A stretch of 51,821 bases of DNA from contig JAKONI010000109.1 in the NCBI GenBank assembly GCA_022702015.1, positions 1 to 51,821 of the forward strand. The letters are read 5' to 3'. Position 1 is the first letter of the stretch, and the number at the start of each line of letters is the position of its first letter. Positions 9,860 through 21,081 of this stretch are shown in pieces. The DNA comes from Beijerinckiaceae bacterium (lineage in GTDB: Bacteria > Pseudomonadota > Alphaproteobacteria > Rhizobiales > Beijerinckiaceae). Under the pieces are notes generated by a model. It was not told the origin of the DNA. It worked only from the letters and a program-made list of their open reading frames with translations, and searched no databases. The position numbers and the translations under genes are program-made.

Positions 9860-10092
9860 CAGAAGGCTTCACGCTCCTCGAACGCCGGTTCATACCGCTC
9901 AGTCATGAAGTCATCGCTGAGACGAGCCCCACCGGCGAAAAGATCATCCCACCGTCGACCCTGCGGCACGATGATCCGGCTGCGACCGACCTTGAGGATA
10001 TCGACCTGATGCACGTCCTCGGGAAAGGCGACCGTTTTGGGCAGGCGGACGGCCTGGCTGCGATTGCTTGTGAAGACCGTGGAACTCGCCAT
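9859..10092 (-). CDS. vapB: VapB AbrB-type antitoxin
   Basis: STVFTSNRSQAVRLPK; 1-nt overlap with the vapC start. Confidence 0.93.
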   Translation of the reverse strand: MASSTVFTSNRSQAVRLPKTVAFPEDVHQVDILKVGRSRIIVPQGRRWDDLFAGGARLSDDFMTERYEPAFEEREAF

Positions 10093-10099
10093 GACGACT

Positions 10100-10132
10100 C
10101 CATTTGTATATCCCAAACGGATATACAAATGG
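10100..10132. promoter_or_regulatory. vapBC autoregulatory operator (perfect 14-bp inverted repeat)
   Basis: ccatttgtatatcc-caaac-ggatatacaaatgg directly upstream of vapB. Confidence 0.8.
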
Positions 10133-10270
10133 GTGCCAGCAGAAGCAAGCACCTGTCGGCCTTCGCTTTCTCGGGGCGATTCGACCCCCCGTATCGCCCA
10201 TGCGGACCACTATCCCCATGAGCGGACGATCATAATCGAAACGGAGAAGCTGCGACGGCGGGCCAAACCG

Positions 10271-10549
10271 TCACACAGCATCCTTCGCGTCGGCCAACAA
10301 GTCCGCAAGCCCCTTGTCGATCTCGGCGGCGAGGAGCGCGCGCTCGGCCGGGGTGAGGTCACCGGCCCAGCCCTTGCCGCCGAAGCCCTCGGCGCAGCGG
10401 GCACGCTCCGAGGCGATGTAGGCTTCCGTCTCCTCGGGCCGGGTGCGCATGGCGTGGACGAGGCCGAACCACGCTGCGCGCTCCACCACCGCGAGCCGCG
10501 CCCGCAGGCGGATCGCCACCTCCTTCTCAGGATCGACCATGTCGCTCAT
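10271..10549 (-). CDS. 92-aa helical hypothetical protein, translationally coupled to the hybrid kinase
   Basis: MSDMVDPEKEVAIRLRARL...; ATGA overlap with the kinase stop; protein-like composition. Confidence 0.7.
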   Translation of the reverse strand: MSDMVDPEKEVAIRLRARLAVVERAAWFGLVHAMRTRPEETEAYIASERARCAEGFGGKGWAGDLTPAERALLAAEIDKGLADLLADAKDAV

Positions 10550-12915
10550 CCGTCCTTCTCCGCCAGTTGCTCGATGAGGGTCTGGAGCCGGCCCGGCACG
10601 GCCTCGGGGACCGACCGGGCATAGACGACCCGCAGTTGCCGTCCGATCTCGGCGAGGCTCAGGGACCCCTTGGGGATCACCCGGTCCGCCGCCGCGCCGA
10701 GGCTCACCTTCTCGGCGGGGGTAATCTCCTTGGCGGTGAGGACCACCACCGGCACGTCGCCGTCCGGCCGGGCCCGCAGGGCACGCAGGAAACCGAACCC
10801 GTCCATCTCCGGCATCATCAGGTCGAGGAGGATGAGGTTCGGCCGCGCCCGGTCGTAATGCTCGAGGGCGAGGCGCCCGTTGGCGGCCTCGTCCACGCTC
10901 CAGCCCTCCCGGGAGAGGGAGCGGCGCAGGCGCTCCCTCGCATCCGGGTCGTCGTCCACCACGAGCACCCGCGCCTCGGCCGGGGCCTGGGGCCGGTAGC
11001 GTTCCATGAGTCCCTTGAGGCGGTCCCAGTCGATGGGCTTGACGAAATAGTCCGTCGCCCCGAGCGCCTGGCCGAGCCCCTGCTCGGCCACCACCGAGGT
11101 CATGATGACGGGGGTGCCGGCGAGGTCCGGGTCGCTGCGCACGGCGTGGAGCACGGCCCAGCCGTCCATCCGCGGCATCTCCACGTCCAGGAGGATCGCC
11201 CGGGGCTTGAGCGCCCGGGCGAGCGTCAGCCCCGCCCGGCCGTCGGCGGCGGTGCGGACGTGGAAGCCCTCCCGTTCGAGGAAGCGTTGCAGCAGTTCCC
11301 GGGCGGCGGGGTCGTCGTCGACGAGGAGCACCGTGTCGTGGTGCAGGATGTCGTGATGCTCCTGCGCCTCCAGGGCGGCCGCCTCGTCCGCGGCCTCTTC
11401 CTCGGGAATGAGGACCGAGGGGATCCGCATGGTGAAGGTGGCGCCCCGGCCCGCCTCGCTCGCGACGCCGATGTCGCCGCCCATGGTCCGGCAGAAGGCA
11501 CGGGTGATGGCCAGCCCCAGGCCGGTCCCCCCGAATTGCCGGGTGGTGGAATCGTCGGCCTGGACGAAGCGCTCGAACAGGCGGCCGATCTGCTCCTGCG
11601 TCAGGCCGATGCCGGTGTCGGCCACCGCGAAGGAAAGCCAGTCGGCCTCGTTCTCCCGGTGCCGGCGGACGGAGAGGGTGATCGTGCCGTTCTCGGTGAA
11701 CTTCGCGGCGTTGCTCACGAGGTTGAGCAGGCACTGGCGGATTTTGGTCTGATCCTGGTGCATCTGCCCCAGCTCGGGCCCGGCATCGACGACGAAACGG
11801 TTCGCCTTCTTCTCCACCAGGGAGCCGGTGGCGTCGGAGACGTCGCGCAGCAGGTCGGCGACGGCGAAGGTTTCCGCCGAGGCGGTGACGCGCCCGGCCT
11901 CGATCTTCGAGATGTCGAGGACGTCGTTGATGAGCGAGAGCAGGTGGCGGGCGGCCGCCTCGATCTTGCGCAGGTCCGGCAGCAGGGCCGCCTGGCCGAT
12001 ATCCTCGAGCTCCTCGCCGAGCATCTCCGAATAGCCGATCACCGCCGAGAGCGGCGTGCGCAACTCGTGGCTCATGTTGGCGATGAACTGGCTCTTGGCC
12101 AGGTTCGCCGCCTCGGCGGCCTGCCGCGCCCGCTCGGCCTCGGCCTCGGCCTCCCGCCGGGCGGTGATGTCCACATGGGTGCCGACCCATTCCCGCAGGG
12201 ACCCGTCCGAGGCGAAGACCGGCACGCCCCGCGCCTCCATGTCCCGCCACGCGCCGTCGTGCCGGCGCAGGCGGTGCGTCGCCTCGTAGGGCACGCGCTC
12301 CTCCACGGAGCGGGCCCAGGCCTCGGCGATCTCCCCCCGGTCGTCGGGGTGGACCGCCTCGATCCAGCCCCAGCCCTGGTAGGATTCCTCGGTCTGGCCG
12401 GTATAGGCGCCCCAGCGGGGCTGGGGGGGCAGCAATTCCCCCTCCGCGTTGGTGTTCCAGATCACCGCCGCCGAGGCATCGACCAGCGCCCGGAAACGCT
12501 CCTCGGAATGCCGCAGCCGCTCCTCGGTGCCCCGGCGGCGGGTGATGTCGGTGTTGGTGCCGTACCATCGCAGGATCGTCCCGTCCGGCGCCCGATGGGG
12601 CATGGCCTGCGACAGGAACCAGCGGTACTCGCCGTCGGCGCCGAGCAGGGGGAACGTGTCCTCCCACGACACCCCCGCCTCGACGGCGAGGCGGTAGCGG
12701 ACCTCCACGGCGTCGATGTGGTCCGGGTGGTGGATCTTCCGCCAGCCCCAGCCCTGCATCTCCTCCAGGGTCGTCCCGGTGAAATCGTACCAGCGGGCGT
12801 TGTACCAGATGATGTGGCCGTCGGCCCGGGCGATCCAGGCAAGTTGCGGCAGCGCATCCGCAAGGTTGCGAAAATCGTCGTCGGTGACGGCGTCGCCGCC
12901 AACAGGTTCGGTCAT
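10546..12915 (-). CDS. Cytoplasmic hybrid histidine kinase (2 PAS, HisKA, HATPase, 2 receiver domains)
   Basis: Two IHHPD/VHPDD PAS repeats, MSHELRTPL, NAAKFT, DTGIG, GGTGLGL, two LLD..MP.MDG receivers; no TM segment seen. Confidence 0.95.
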   Translation of the reverse strand: MTEPVGGDAVTDDDFRNLADALPQLAWIARADGHIIWYNARWYDFTGTTLEEMQGWGWRKIHHPDHIDAVEVRYRLAVEAGVSWEDTFPLLGADGEYRWFLSQAMPHRAPDGTILRWYGTNTDITRRRGTEERLRHSEERFRALVDASAAVIWNTNAEGELLPPQPRWGAYTGQTEESYQGWGWIEAVHPDDRGEIAEAWARSVEERVPYEATHRLRRHDGAWRDMEARGVPVFASDGSLREWVGTHVDITARREAEAEAERARQAAEAANLAKSQFIANMSHELRTPLSAVIGYSEMLGEELEDIGQAALLPDLRKIEAAARHLLSLINDVLDISKIEAGRVTASAETFAVADLLRDVSDATGSLVEKKANRFVVDAGPELGQMHQDQTKIRQCLLNLVSNAAKFTENGTITLSVRRHRENEADWLSFAVADTGIGLTQEQIGRLFERFVQADDSTTRQFGGTGLGLAITRAFCRTMGGDIGVASEAGRGATFTMRIPSVLIPEEEAADEAAALEAQEHHDILHHDTVLLVDDDPAARELLQRFLEREGFHVRTAADGRAGLTLARALKPRAILLDVEMPRMDGWAVLHAVRSDPDLAGTPVIMTSVVAEQGLGQALGATDYFVKPIDWDRLKGLMERYRPQAPAEARVLVVDDDPDARERLRRSLSREGWSVDEAANGRLALEHYDRARPNLILLDLMMPEMDGFGFLRALRARPDGDVPVVVLTAKEITPAEKVSLGAAADRVIPKGSLSLAEIGRQLRVVYARSVPEAVPGRLQTLIEQLAEKDG

Positions 12916-12979
12916 CGGCTCCGTCGCGTCTCGAGACCGCCGGAAGGTAGGGCGCCCGGCGAGAAAGTATATCGTCCGG

Positions 12980-13909
12980 TCAAGCTTCCACGGTCTTCGT
13001 GGGCCCATCCCGCCGGCCGCGCAGGGTGTCGGCGGTGTATAGGGCGAGCCCGAGCCAGATCAGGGCGAACATCACCGCCCGGTGCGGCTCGATCCGTTCG
13101 CCGTAGGCCAGGATGCTGAGGAGCAGAAGGCAGGTCGGCGCCACGTATTGCAGGAGGCCGAGGGTCGTCAGACGCAGGCGCATCGCCGCGGCGGCGAACC
13201 AGATCAGGGGCAGGGCGGTGGTCACGCCGGTGAGCATGAGGAGGCCGAGGTCCCCCCGCGCGGCGGGCAGGAACGGCTCGGGGGCGACGACGAGCCACGC
13301 CACGGCCAGCGGCAGCAGGACCAGCGTCTCCGCCAGGAAGCCGATCAGGGCGTCCACCGCGACGAGCTTGCGGATCAGGCTGTACAGCGCGAAGGACACG
13401 GCCAGGGCCAGGGAGGTGAGGGGCAGGTCGCCGGCCCAGCCCACCGCCACCGCGACCCCCATGGCCGCGATGCCGATGGCGATCGCCTGGACCGGGCGCA
13501 GGCGCTCGCCGAGCACGAGGCGCCCGAGGCCGACATTCACCAGGGGGTTGATGTAGTAGCCCAGGCTGGCATCGAGCAGATGCCCCCCGTCGATCGCCCT
13601 CAGGTACAGCAGCCAGTTGAGGCCGATAAGCAGGGCCGAGGCCACGAGCAGCCCGTGCCGCCGGGTGAGGGGCATGGGCAGGCGCAGGCGGTGACGCCAA
13701 GCGAGGGCGAGGCCCCCCGCGAAAAGGGTCGACCAGACGATGCGCTCGGCCAGGATGTGCGAGGGGCTGAACCCGCCGAGCAGGCGGAAGTGGATCGGGA
13801 CCAGCAGGCCCCAGCTCAAATAGGCGGCGAGCGCGTAGACGAGGCCCACGGCAATGTCCTCTCGTCGGCGCGACGCGGCGCACCGTGATGGGCCTTCTAG
13901 CGGAGGCAT
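12980..13909 (-). CDS. rarD: RarD-type EamA/DMT permease (start uncertain)
   Basis: NWLLYL, ASLGYYINPL, GLLQYVAPT, GE...FALIW. Confidence 0.85.
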   Translation of the reverse strand: MPPLEGPSRCAASRRREDIAVGLVYALAAYLSWGLLVPIHFRLLGGFSPSHILAERIVWSTLFAGGLALAWRHRLRLPMPLTRRHGLLVASALLIGLNWLLYLRAIDGGHLLDASLGYYINPLVNVGLGRLVLGERLRPVQAIAIGIAAMGVAVAVGWAGDLPLTSLALAVSFALYSLIRKLVAVDALIGFLAETLVLLPLAVAWLVVAPEPFLPAARGDLGLLMLTGVTTALPLIWFAAAAMRLRLTTLGLLQYVAPTCLLLLSILAYGERIEPHRAVMFALIWLGLALYTADTLRGRRDGPTKTVEA

Positions 13910-13995
13910 GCCCCCCTCGGCAGGGCAAGCGACGCGGGCCCGGCCATGCGTCCGTCAGGTGCGAAATGTTCCCCCGGCCGCCGAGGCGGGCGGCA

Positions 13996-14949
13996 TTAGG
14001 TCGGGGGTTTGGCCGGGCCGATGTCCGCCGGTCCGGGATCCCCGTCACCGGACAAGGCCCACAGTCGCTCCTCCCGCAGAATCCATTCGCGGAAGCGGCG
14101 GATCCCGGGGGCGGCCCCGTCTCGGCCGCGCCAGCACAGGAAGTGCAACTCGCGGCGGATCCCGGCGTAGCGCGCGCCGCCGAGGCGAACGAGGTTCCCC
14201 GCCGCCACCTCGCCCCGGGCGAAGCGGAGGCTTTCCAGGGCGACGCCGAGGCCCTGCACCGCCGCCGAGATGACCAGCGCCCCCCGGTCGAACGCCGGGC
14301 CGCCCCGCGCCCGTGGAGCGGGAAGACCGTTATGGGCGAACCAATCGGCCCAGCGCACGGGGCTGAACGAGGATTCGAGCCACGTCAGCCGGCCGATGGC
14401 CTCGGGGGTCAGCACCGGGTTGTCCCGCGCCAGATCGGGCCGGCACAGGGCGGCGATCTCCTCCGGCCCGAGGGCCTCCACTTCCAGGCCCGACCCCGTG
14501 GGCGGTCGCCCGTAGGCGATGAGCACGTCGATTCCGGGGTGGCGGGCGAGGTCGAGGGGCTCCGCCCCCGAGGACAGGCGGATCGCCATCCCCGGATTGG
14601 CCTCGACGAAGCCCGGCAGGCGCGGCCCGAGCCACGTGGCCGCGAAGCTCGGGGTGCAGTGGACGGAGAGCGAGGCCGCCTCCTCCGGCATCAGCTCGGC
14701 GCAGGCGGCCTCGATCCCGTCGAAGGCCCGGGAGAGGCCGCCTAGCAGGCGCTCCCCGTCAGTGGTGAGCTTGGCCTGCCGGTTCTCCCGGCGGAACAGG
14801 GCCCGGCCGAGGTGACGCTCCAGGGCGCGGATCTGGTGGCTCACCGCCGAGGGGGTGAGGCACAGCTCCTCGCTCGCCCGGGCGAAGCTGCCGAGGCGCG
14901 CGGCCGCCTCGAAGGCGCGCAGGGCCGGGAAACTCGGGATCCGCCGCAT
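13996..14949 (-). CDS. LysR-family regulator (GcvA-like)
   Basis: LRAFEAAARLGSF...TPSAVSHQIRALE HTH, WLGPRL, AVQGLGVAL. Confidence 0.93.
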   Translation of the reverse strand: MRRIPSFPALRAFEAAARLGSFARASEELCLTPSAVSHQIRALERHLGRALFRRENRQAKLTTDGERLLGGLSRAFDGIEAACAELMPEEAASLSVHCTPSFAATWLGPRLPGFVEANPGMAIRLSSGAEPLDLARHPGIDVLIAYGRPPTGSGLEVEALGPEEIAALCRPDLARDNPVLTPEAIGRLTWLESSFSPVRWADWFAHNGLPAPRARGGPAFDRGALVISAAVQGLGVALESLRFARGEVAAGNLVRLGGARYAGIRRELHFLCWRGRDGAAPGIRRFREWILREERLWALSGDGDPGPADIGPAKPPT

Positions 14950-14957
14950 GACCCGAT

Positions 14958-14976
14958 CCGTGAATGAGATTCACGG
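14958..14976. promoter_or_regulatory. LysR recognition box (palindromic T-N11-A)
   Basis: ccgtgaat-gag-attcacgg between the divergent LysR and aldolase genes. Confidence 0.7.
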
Positions 14977-15069
14977 TTTTGGTGAAAAATCGTCGTTTGT
15001 CAAAACGGGCCGGCGGACGGACATTGGCGTCACAGGCCGCGCAGACGGCCCCTCATGGAGGAAACCGCC

Positions 15070-15936
15070 ATGCTCGACGACGAACACGTCCGTCACGACG
15101 AGATTGCCATCGACCTGCCGCCCGACGACGCGGGCCGCAAGCGCACCTCGATCTACCAGCCCGAGCAGACCGGGCTGATCTTCCCGGAGATGCCGCAGTT
15201 CAACGACCACGCGGAGGAGCGCGAATACCGCAAGCGCCACCTCGTGGCCGCCTGCCGCTCCTTCGCGATGCACGGCTTCGACTATGGCTTCGCCGGCCAC
15301 CTCACCGTGCGCGACCCCGAGCGGCCGGAATTGTACTGGACCAACCCGATGTGCGTTCACTTCTCACAGGTGAACCTGTCGAACCTCATCCTGGCCGACC
15401 ATAAGGGCCGGGTGGTGGAGGGCCGCTACGCCATCAACCGGGCGGGCTTCGTGCTGCACGGGGCCGTCCACGAGGAGTACCCCGAGGTCATGGCGATGTG
15501 CCACGCGCACACCACCTACGGCACGGCGTGGTGCGCCACGGGCCGCCCCCTCGACATGATCAGCCAGGACGCGGCGGCCTTCTACAACAGCCACGCGGTG
15601 ATCGGCGCCTCGGCCGGCGCGGTGGCGGTGGAGGCCGAGAGCGGCCTCTCGGTCGCCCAGCAGATCGGCCTGAACCGGGGCGTCCTGCACCAGAACCACG
15701 GCCTGCTGACCTGCTCGCGCCACAGCATCGACGACGCGGCCTTCTGGTTCATTGCCTTGGAGCGGGCCTGCAAGCAGCAACTCATGGTCGAGGCCACCGG
15801 CATCAAGCCGCAGACCCTCTCCGAGAAGACCGCCCGCTACAGCCGCGAGCATGTCGGCAGCGACTATATCGGCTGGCTGCACTTCCAGACGGTGTACGAT
15901 CACATCGCGGCGACCCAGCCCGACATGTTCAGCTGA
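15070..15936 (+). CDS. Class II aldolase/adducin family metalloenzyme
   Basis: GHLTVRDP, LHGAVH, CHAHT and QNHG metal-His motifs; GGAGG RBS before 15070. Confidence 0.9.
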   Translation: MLDDEHVRHDEIAIDLPPDDAGRKRTSIYQPEQTGLIFPEMPQFNDHAEEREYRKRHLVAACRSFAMHGFDYGFAGHLTVRDPERPELYWTNPMCVHFSQVNLSNLILADHKGRVVEGRYAINRAGFVLHGAVHEEYPEVMAMCHAHTTYGTAWCATGRPLDMISQDAAAFYNSHAVIGASAGAVAVEAESGLSVAQQIGLNRGVLHQNHGLLTCSRHSIDDAAFWFIALERACKQQLMVEATGIKPQTLSEKTARYSREHVGSDYIGWLHFQTVYDHIAATQPDMFS

Positions 15937-15943
15937 TCGGGGG

Positions 15944-15970
15944 CGGCCCGGGGAAACCCGGGCCGTTTCC
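15944..15970 (+). terminator. Intrinsic terminator
   Basis: cggcccggg-gaaa-cccgggccg followed by tttcc. Confidence 0.65.
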
Positions 15971-16021
15971 TTGGGCCCCCGGCCCGCTGCGAGCGATCGG
16001 GTTCACGGACGAGGGAACGCC

Positions 16022-16888
16022 TCAGAGACCGTACCGGGCGAAGGCGGCGCGCTCCTCCAGGGCGGCGAGCGTCTCGCCGGGGAGCGCGGCCACGGCCTCG
16101 CCGATCCTGCCGGGGGTATTCCGGCGGAGCAGCCGGGAGAGGAAGCCGCCCTTGGCGCCCGCGATGGGCACGAGGTCGACCTTCTCACCGTAGCGGGCCC
16201 GCAGGGTGGTGCGCAGGTCGCCGATGGCGTCCACGAGACCGAGGGGCAGGGCCTGCCGCCCGGTCCAGACCGCGCCGGTGAACAGGCTCTCCCCCGCCGG
16301 CAGGTTGGGGCGGCGGGACGAGACCAACTCCGTGAACACCCCCTGCACGTCGGCCTGGATCCGCTTGAGACGCTCGATATCCGCCGGGTCCTCCGGGCGG
16401 AACGGATCGAGCATCCCCTTGGCCTCGCCGATCGTGTGTACCCGGCGCTCGACGCCGAGCTTCTCCAAAAGCCCCGGGAAGCCGAACCCCGCCGAAACCA
16501 CCCCGATCGATCCGACGATCGAGGTCGGGTCGGCGATGATCTCGTCGGCGCCGCAGGCGATCATGTAGCCGCCGGAGGCCGCCACGTCCTCGACGAAGGC
16601 CAGGACCGGGAGGTTCTTCTCCTGCGCCAGGGCGCGGATCCGGCGGAAGATGAGGTGGGATTGCGCCGGCGCCCCGCCGGGCGAGTTGATCACCAGGGCC
16701 ACGGCCTTGGCCCCTGGCAGGGAGAAGGCCCGCTCCAGGCTGCCCGCCACCGCCTCGATCGACAGGCCCTGCCGGAACGGCGACGCCGCCCCGATCGTCC
16801 CCGACAGGCGCACCACCGCCACCCGCGGGCGCCGCTTGCGGAAACGGCCCGGCAGGAGGGCACGCAGACGATCGGACAACGCTGGCAT
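16022..16888 (-). CDS. S49 family peptidase (SppA/SohB-like)
   Basis: INSPGG, DVAASGGYMIA, SIVGSIGV, FTGAVWTG. Confidence 0.92.
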   Translation of the reverse strand: MPALSDRLRALLPGRFRKRRPRVAVVRLSGTIGAASPFRQGLSIEAVAGSLERAFSLPGAKAVALVINSPGGAPAQSHLIFRRIRALAQEKNLPVLAFVEDVAASGGYMIACGADEIIADPTSIVGSIGVVSAGFGFPGLLEKLGVERRVHTIGEAKGMLDPFRPEDPADIERLKRIQADVQGVFTELVSSRRPNLPAGESLFTGAVWTGRQALPLGLVDAIGDLRTTLRARYGEKVDLVPIAGAKGGFLSRLLRRNTPGRIGEAVAALPGETLAALEERAAFARYGL

Positions 16889-16920
16889 GGGACCCGACGA
16901 AACTCGACTGTACGGGACGC

Positions 16921-16948
16921 AGATGGGATTTCAGTCCGCCGCTGCAAG
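16921..16948 (-). promoter_or_regulatory. Candidate RpoH (sigma32) promoter CTTG-N17-CCCATCT
   Basis: Matches the alphaproteobacterial heat-shock consensus about 33 nt upstream of the S49 peptidase. Confidence 0.55.
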
Positions 16949-17032
16949 GGCGGGACGGGGGGCGACGGCGCCGCACTTCACGGTCGGTGAACCGTCTGCG
17001 CAATCGGCCACACACCCTCGGTCAGAAATATC

Positions 17033-17057
17033 GAACCGTTTCGCGACCTGTGCCGTT
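17033..17057 (+). promoter_or_regulatory. Candidate sigma-EcfG promoter (C)GAAC-N17-CGTT
   Basis: Near-consensus motif 60 nt upstream of ATG 17117. Confidence 0.45.
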
Positions 17058-17116
17058 CCTCGCCCACGGGTCTGCACGGAGCGGACCCGCCTCGTCAAAG
17101 GGAGGACGACGACACA

Positions 17117-17425
17117 ATGCGCTCCATCACCCTGCCGCGCTGGCCGATCCTGATCCTGCTGGCCGCCTTCTTCTTCGGCCCGACCGCCGCCCCCGTCAGC
17201 GCCGCGCCGCTGCCGGTGCCGATGGCCGCCGCCGAGACCGCGCCGGCCGCCGCCGTCGAGACCGTGCAGTATTACGGCTACCGCCGTCACTACGGCTATC
17301 GGCCCTACGGCTTCCGCCGCCATTACGGCTACCGCCGCCACTTCGGCTACCGTCCCTACGGCTACCGTCGCCACTTCGGCCACCGCCCCTACGGCTACCG
17401 TCGCGGCCCGGCCTTCTTTTACTAA
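17117..17425 (+). CDS. Secreted low-complexity Tyr/Gly/Arg/His repeat peptide
   Basis: GGAGG RBS, signal peptide, Ala/Pro spacer ending VETVQ, then (Y/F)G(Y/F/H)R(RH/P) repeats. Confidence 0.85.
   Translation: MRSITLPRWPILILLAAFFFGPTAAPVSAAPLPVPMAAAETAPAAAVETVQYYGYRRHYGYRPYGFRRHYGYRRHFGYRPYGYRRHFGHRPYGYRRGPAFFY
17273..17404 (+). repeat. Eight in-frame 15/18-nt tandem repeats (tacggctaccgccgccac / ttcggctaccgtccc)
   Basis: Read directly; variation is mostly at synonymous positions. Confidence 0.85.
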
Positions 17426-17582
17426 GCGATAGGGTCGCGCCCCGGCCTCACGGGCCGGGGCGAGCCTTGCGCGCGCACACGAAAGCCCTTAACCAAACGT
17501 CTGATATCACTGCGCTTCCAAAGCGCCCCGCGTGGCCCTGGCAGGACGCTGCCGCCGGCCCGGATACAGACGGACACAGAAC

Positions 17583-20306
<2,724 letters not shown>

Positions 20307-20423
20307 TTCGGGAGATTCCAAAGGGCGTCACGCCCTTTGGTGGGGGTCCGGGGGCGAAGTCCCCGGATCCTCGCAGGGCTCCGCCCGTCCCCGCCAGAAG
20401 ACCCGTCCTTCGGGATCCTCGAA
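20307..20423. repeat. REP-doublet/MITE-like multi-hairpin intergenic element, copy 1
   Basis: ccaaagggcg-tca-cgccctttgg, tccgggggc-gaa-gtccccgga, gggc-tcc-gccc; homologous to 46431-46541. Confidence 0.75.
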
Positions 20424-20648
20424 TTACCGGCCGGCGGCGGCGCGCTTGTTGGCGATCCGCGAGAACATGTTGCCGGTGTACTCGGCGGGCTTGGGCTTCT
20501 CCGGCTGGCCGACTTGAGCCTCGAACGCCTCGATCCGCTTGAGCAGGGCCGCGTCGTTGAACAGCGACGAGTTGAAGGTCTTGTGCGCCCGGTCACCCAG
20601 GGCGGCCTGGACCGCATCGAGGCGGGCGAGGAGGTCTTTGCGCGTCAC
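20424..20648 (-). CDS. 74-aa hypothetical protein
   Basis: GGAGA RBS before GTG, protein-like composition, G/C-ending codons. Confidence 0.7.
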   Translation of the reverse strand: MTRKDLLARLDAVQAALGDRAHKTFNSSLFNDAALLKRIEAFEAQVGQPEKPKPAEYTGNMFSRIANKRAAAGR

Positions 20649-20705
20649 GGGGTTCTCCGGGGGCTGGAGCGACGATGCCCCGCGCCGCCACTCGACGCCC
20701 CGTGG

Positions 20706-20721
20706 GTAAACAGGTGGTTAA
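20706..20721 (-). promoter_or_regulatory. Candidate CtrA box TTAA-N7-TTTAC
   Basis: One mismatch to consensus, about 60 nt upstream of the 74-aa gene. Confidence 0.5.
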
Positions 20722-20748
20722 TGCGGGGGTGATCGGGCAAGCGACACA

Positions 20749-21081
20749 TCAAGATCCGACAGCGGCCCGGAGTACGTCTTCGCCCCATTGGTTGAGGCTT
20801 TTACCGGACAACTCCGCGGCTCTGGCGGCCTGGGCATGAAGGTCGGGCGACACGCGCAGCATCAGCTTGCCGGAATAGGCGCGTTCCGGCTCCTTGCCGA
20901 TCTTGCGGCAGGTTTCGATGTAATCATCGACCGCCTCCCGGAACGCTGCCGTGAGTTCGCCTACGCTCTCACCGTGAAACCCCACGATATCGCCGATGCC
21001 GGCGATCCGGCCGACGAAGAGCCCGTCCTTGGGATTGAATCCGACCCTAGCGTGGAAGTTCTTGTGGCTTAACGTGTTCAT
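20749..21081 (-). CDS. hicB: HicB antitoxin (C-terminal ribbon-helix-helix)
   Basis: FHGESVGEL...FREAVDDYIETC...YSGKLMLRVSPDLH...GKSLNQW. Confidence 0.93.
   Translation of the reverse strand: MNTLSHKNFHARVGFNPKDGLFVGRIAGIGDIVGFHGESVGELTAAFREAVDDYIETCRKIGKEPERAYSGKLMLRVSPDLHAQAARAAELSGKSLNQWGEDVLRAAVGS

Noticed and set aside
17273-17404. Short tandem repeats as a possible CRISPR array
   Set aside because: No unique spacers, in-frame coding repeats, and no cas genes
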